Sequence record: LC778249.1
Direction: 5' to 3' (one strand)
DNA length: 64,000 nucleotides
Shown here: in pieces, positions 59,380 to 64,000 of the stretch
Layout: every line of letters begins with the position of its first letter
How positions within the stretch are numbered: the first letter of the stretch is position 1
Position numbers and translations under genes: made by a program
Notes under the pieces: generated by a model
What the model saw: the letters and a program-made list of their open reading frames with translations, nothing else
What the model was told of the DNA's origin: nothing
The model's database searches: none

Positions 59380-62003
59380 ATGAAAAATCAAAGTCGTGTT
59401 TTTCGTTGGAAACAGAATCATATAGACTTGACGGAGTTGCGTGACGGTATTCACTGGCATCTGAAAATGCAATCCAGCATCGGCCTTCGTGAAGAGGATC
59501 ACTTCCTTGAGTCGGTATATAGGCATATAGTCGCCGGTGGCGAAGATGTCATGGAGTACGCCAGAGAGCGTGGCCACGAAGATTGGTTAAAAGATTTTAT
59601 GGAGTGTATGAAATGAAAAGACTTATTACCGATGCCGAACTTTGGCACATTACCCGTACTCATGCCGATGTAATAAAAGGATTAGGTGCGCTCGAAGCGA
59701 AAGACCGACCTCATGTTGCGGATCTTTTGAAAAAGATGAAAGATGAATGGATTCTTTCACTCAAGCAAAGTCGCACCACTGTAAACATGAAAGTCGCTAC
59801 GGATCGCGGTCTGAATGAAGACTCAATTCATGCAATCGGCAAACTGCATACCATGCGGAAACGTGCGATGGAGAATCTCGATTACTACGCAAAGAAAGAT
59901 TATTCAAAGCACGATGCGGATACCGCTGCGAAACTGCGAGATATCAACAACGAAACGATTGCGGAAATTCTTGCAGATCTGAAAGATATTGAATTCCGAT
60001 TGCAAGCTCTATGGGGTTTCGATCTCGATGCATCTTTCCATGAATACAATGTACCAGGATGCACCTGTCCGAAGCACACGAAAGGCGATCCGTTTTACCA
60101 CGTTGACCGGACTTGTCCGATTCATAACGCGGACATGAAAGAAGCGGTAAAAGCTAAATTCGACGAAATCGAAAAAAGTTATCAAATTTGATAAAAGTGC
60201 TTGCGCGATGATTCGAGTCTGATACTATAGCCACATCGAAAAGAAACGCTCTGAGGAAAACATAATGAAAGCAGCTATCGAGCAAATGGTTAAAGAAATG
60301 AACGAGTTCAGCGAGCATCAATATTGGGACATCGTTGTTCCGAAAATGCGCAAAGAACACGACGAAGAACACGTTAAAACGTTTCTTGAACACAACCTGA
60401 ACCGTAATAAGTACAGCGTTGAATATGGCAAAAAGAATGCTCGAATCGTTATGTCGAATTGGAGCGGTAGTGCTGCGAGTGTTGTCTGGTTTGTCGATAT
60501 GACTACTGGCGACATTCTGAAAGCCGCTAGTTGGAAAGCTGCTTCTAAGTATGTTCGCGGTCACGTTAGCAACTGGAAAGCTGCAATGAATCCAGCATCT
60601 GCAAACGGTTATTACGGTTTCATTGCAATTCGGAGTGGTCGTTAATGAAAGCACGGATCAAACAGTTTGCGGGTAACAATGTCGAGCAATTCATTTGTTC
60701 AGATGAAAGCGACGATCTTTACACCGCTGTTGGTATTCACGGCATTCATGCGATGCACTATCACAGCCGAGATCGCACCGTTTTTGATGTAGAAGAAACT
60801 GAAACAGGGTATGTGCTCGAAATTCGCGGTACTCTGTTTGAAGACATCCCAGGCAAATATTTGGAATTTATCTAAGGAAATATTATGTTTATCAAGAAAG
60901 AAGACATGAAAGCGTCCATGGCTGTTTACATGAACATGATCAAAGACGGTCATATTGAGGGTGTTAATGTCAAAGAGATTTACACTATTCCCGCGATGGT
61001 AACTAAAGCAATCTCCGAACACGTTTGGAGTTATGGCTGCGTTGTCGAGCACATCCATTTTATCAAAGTTCCTAATGTGAATTTTGAACGTGTGCTGACT
61101 GGTTACGATGTCAAGGTGATTGCCAAATCACCGAAACATGAGTTCAAGATCAACGCGGACGCTAAAATCCGGTTTTTTCGAGATCAAAAATCAGATCTGT
61201 ATGGTAAGTTTTTCGAAAAGCACTTGCACTAATATCTGGTTATGATATTATGTCCTCACTGAAACAAAACAACTGAGGAAAATATCATGAAAGCAATCAT
61301 CAAAAATCTGCAAATCGTTGATGCATCTGAGTGGGAATTCGCTATTGGCAAAGAAGATTTTGCCAAGCTGATGCAAGCACAGATCTACGGTGAACAAGTC
61401 GAAATCTTGCAGGAAGCTTGTGATCGCTACTATGATATCAAGCTGCAAGACGGCACAATCATCGATGCAATTAGCGATTTACATCTTGAGATTGTACGCT
61501 AATCCCAAGGCCCTTCGGGGCCTTTTTCGTATGGAGAAAAAATGAAAGTTAAAATTGTTAATATGTCTATGTTCAGGGCTGATAAGAATCGTCCTGTCAT
61601 GACTGCAAATCAAGTAATCGAGCTATATCACGCCTACGTGTGTGGAACGAAGCTGGACGCGATGCTCAACATAGACAATGGAGACATATCGGTCTATCTC
61701 GGAGACGACTTGGTAATCGTTCCACCGCGTTATGTGCAAATGCCGTTTAATGTATCGCAGGATAAATTTGACGCCGATTTTATATCTAGCGGCTGCATTA
61801 CCAATTTGGGTAAATCCGTTATGATCGTAATGAGTTCAGATAGAACACCACAAGGCATCAAGAACACACTACAGTGGGCTAGTCCGAACTGTGATGTTAC
61901 CCGAGATAGCCATATCAAAACTGAGCGTGGTAACTGGTATCGTATTGAGTTGAATTTTGAAAATGGTACAATCGAACTGACACCTACCACACTTCGTTAC
62001 TAA
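59380..62003 (+). other. Hypothetical CDS (59380-59616, 59613-60191, 60265-60645, 60645-60875, 60885-61232, 61287-61502, 61542-62003)
   Basis: + strand ORFs; terminator 61507-61527. Confidence 0.6.
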
Positions 62004-62121
62004 TCGAAGATTGCGGCGTTAGCCGCTAACTCGTTGAATCATAACGAAAAGACAAAGTAAATTCTCATATAAGATATATAAGACATTTTATTTTGTCTTT
62101 CTAGCTCGCTTCGCTCGCGGT
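62002..62121 (+). repeat. ~120-bp dispersed repeat, copy 2
   Basis: Matches 22343-22461. Confidence 0.9.
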
Positions 62122-62185
62122 CTTCGACTTTTTACTTGACATCAATTGGCAGATAGCTATACTGGAGACATTAAAGGAGAACACT

Positions 62186-64000
62186 ATGAACATTTTTAAA
62201 CGTCTACTGAATCGCATGAAGTACAAACCGATGATCAAGATCAATGCGTATGCTATGCAGATTCATACCGCGTCTGGTGCTTCTGTGTGTACTCCTGACG
62301 GTATTGCTGTTAAGCAGCGTATCGAACGGCTCAAACGTGAAATGAAAATCAATAGAGGTTAATTATGATTGTTAAGGTAAATGATGTAAAACGTCTGAAT
62401 GTCGGCGATAAATTCTTGTTTTGCAAGGATCGCGTTGTTCAGATTCAAAGCATCGAAGGCAAGAAAGTCGTTGTTATCGATATCGAAGACGGCACAGTTA
62501 TCAACATGGAATTCTTCCAAGATCATGGCAAATCGTATCGGTATCGCTATGATATGGGTATGGGATTCTGTCGTGGTAGCGGTATGAACTCTCGTTATGG
62601 TAGCAGTTTCGGTAACATGTATGACTTCGGTGTAAGAGAGCCGATTCGAGCCGGTGAGCAAATCAAATTCCGTGTTGAAGGCAAAGATCACCAAGGTGTT
62701 GTTGCTGCTGTTGGCTCTTATGACATCAAGAAAGGCGAGATCACTTTCAACAACAAAGCCGCGAAAAATGCAATCGTGGTTATTGCAAACGGGGTTGAAC
62801 GTGTTATCATTGGTTGCAATCAAACACTCTATTTTGTAGAGCCGGACGCAAATCAGCGTATGTGGATCAACAATACCCACATTTGCACAATCGAAGGATA
62901 CAGAGCATGATTAAACGTATCGATGCCGAAAAATCAACACCGCTGTCTATAAACGAAGAAATCGATTTTTGTAGAAATCACGACACTTACGGAAAGGGTG
63001 TTGTTGTTAAAGTTGGTGATTACAAAGTTGAAAATGATCAGATTCATTTCGTATCGTCCCGCGCTCGAAATGCCGCAATCGTTATGGTAGACGACACGAA
63101 ATATATATTTTTCGCATGTTCGCCTATCGTGTTTTGTTGTCCAGAAAAGAATGATAAGTTTACGTTCTTGGACTCCGAACACTGTGTTATCAATCGATAC
63201 TGGAGTAAATAATGTTTCGTTACGACTGTGAAAAACGAGAGGTTGAAATCGGTAGCACTGTGAAAGTCAAGGGAATGACTGGCACACTGACGGAAGTTTT
63301 GGCAGATCGGATCGTGATAACTGTTTCCAGTATTGCACGAATCGAACTGGTATGTACTGAGTGTGGTCGGTGGTATAGCCCTATGGACAAGTGCCAATCG
63401 CCAAGAATGTATCTGGGTTCGATGTCCGATTATAGCATGGATAATGGCAAGCTGTATTACACAAATACTAGCTCCATTTTGCCTGGCAGCGAAGTTCAGA
63501 TTTCAGTTGATGGTAAACAGATATGGGTACGTGCTATCGCGCAAACTGCTATCACCATGCACTGGAAAAACAACGAAATCGATGTTGATCATGTAACATT
63601 CAGCTCAACGCAAGATGATCCGTGTATGGTTTTGCTTGACGACTTGGGCAGATCTTATTATGCTGTTTACGTTGAGGACGGCGACTATCAAGCAACTCAA
63701 CTTTACACAAACCGAAATGGTGAATTTATTCGCCTCGACCAAGACCTGAATTGGAGATTTGATTAATGTTCGTAATTGAAGCAGACGAAAAGCCGGCTAA
63801 GGTAAAGTTCGAAATCGGCACACAAGCAAGCATCAGCGGTCAAGTTATGACTTTAGTTAGCTTCGACCCTGAACGTGGTATTATGCGTCTGAAATTCCGT
63901 TATAAGGACATGACGGTAGAATGTTTAATGCATCATGTTGTGGGTGATAAGTGGTTCACCGACGATTATACATTCGGCACTGGTATCACTATCGAAAATG
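62186..64000 (+). other. Run of hypothetical CDS (62186-62362, 62365-62910, 62908-63212, 63212-63766, 63766-window end)
   Basis: Stop/start overlaps (TAATG); beta-rich small proteins; last gene truncated by window. Confidence 0.6.

Noticed and set aside
1-64000. rRNA genes, integrase, transposase or a specific phage species name
   Set aside because: No supporting motifs seen; the window lacks core genes needed for taxonomic assignment.

Overview
The window is a 64-kb segment of a large lytic T4-like (Straboviridae-type) myovirus genome. Essentially all plausible genes lie on the + strand, and there are no core replication or structural genes. Positions 1-8.1 kb hold a cluster of 21 recognisable tRNA genes, interleaved with an HNH endonuclease, small ORFs and many non-canonical structured RNAs. 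The remainder is an accessory/early region of short genes cut into modules by rho-independent terminators and sigma70-like stem-loop promoters. Recognisable proteins include thymidine kinase, CreA, a DUF2828/vWA (Ro60/TROVE-like) protein, an ADP-ribosylglycohydrolase next to a ~1180-aa protein with a PARP-type (H-Y-E) domain, a nucleotidyltransferase, an outer-membrane beta-barrel, NAMPT (NadV), UvsE, an HD hydrolase, a TAGT/GREB1-like glycosyltransferase, a permuted DNA methyltransferase, a HAD RNA-repair-type phosphatase, and SPFH and SprT proteins. The most striking signal is a family of five tRNA-derived RNAs sharing a helix plus a U(A/U)C(A/C/G)GCAA motif. The family occurs in two circularly permuted topologies and co-occurs with the Ro60-like gene, making it a candidate phage Ro60/Y-RNA-like system. 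Other highlights are a 74-nt tmRNA-like alanine-acceptor mini-RNA, a free-standing copy of the T4 capsid Gol-peptide motif, and the ART/ARH/NAMPT NAD module. All calls come from reading the sequence by eye; no searches or folding programs were run.
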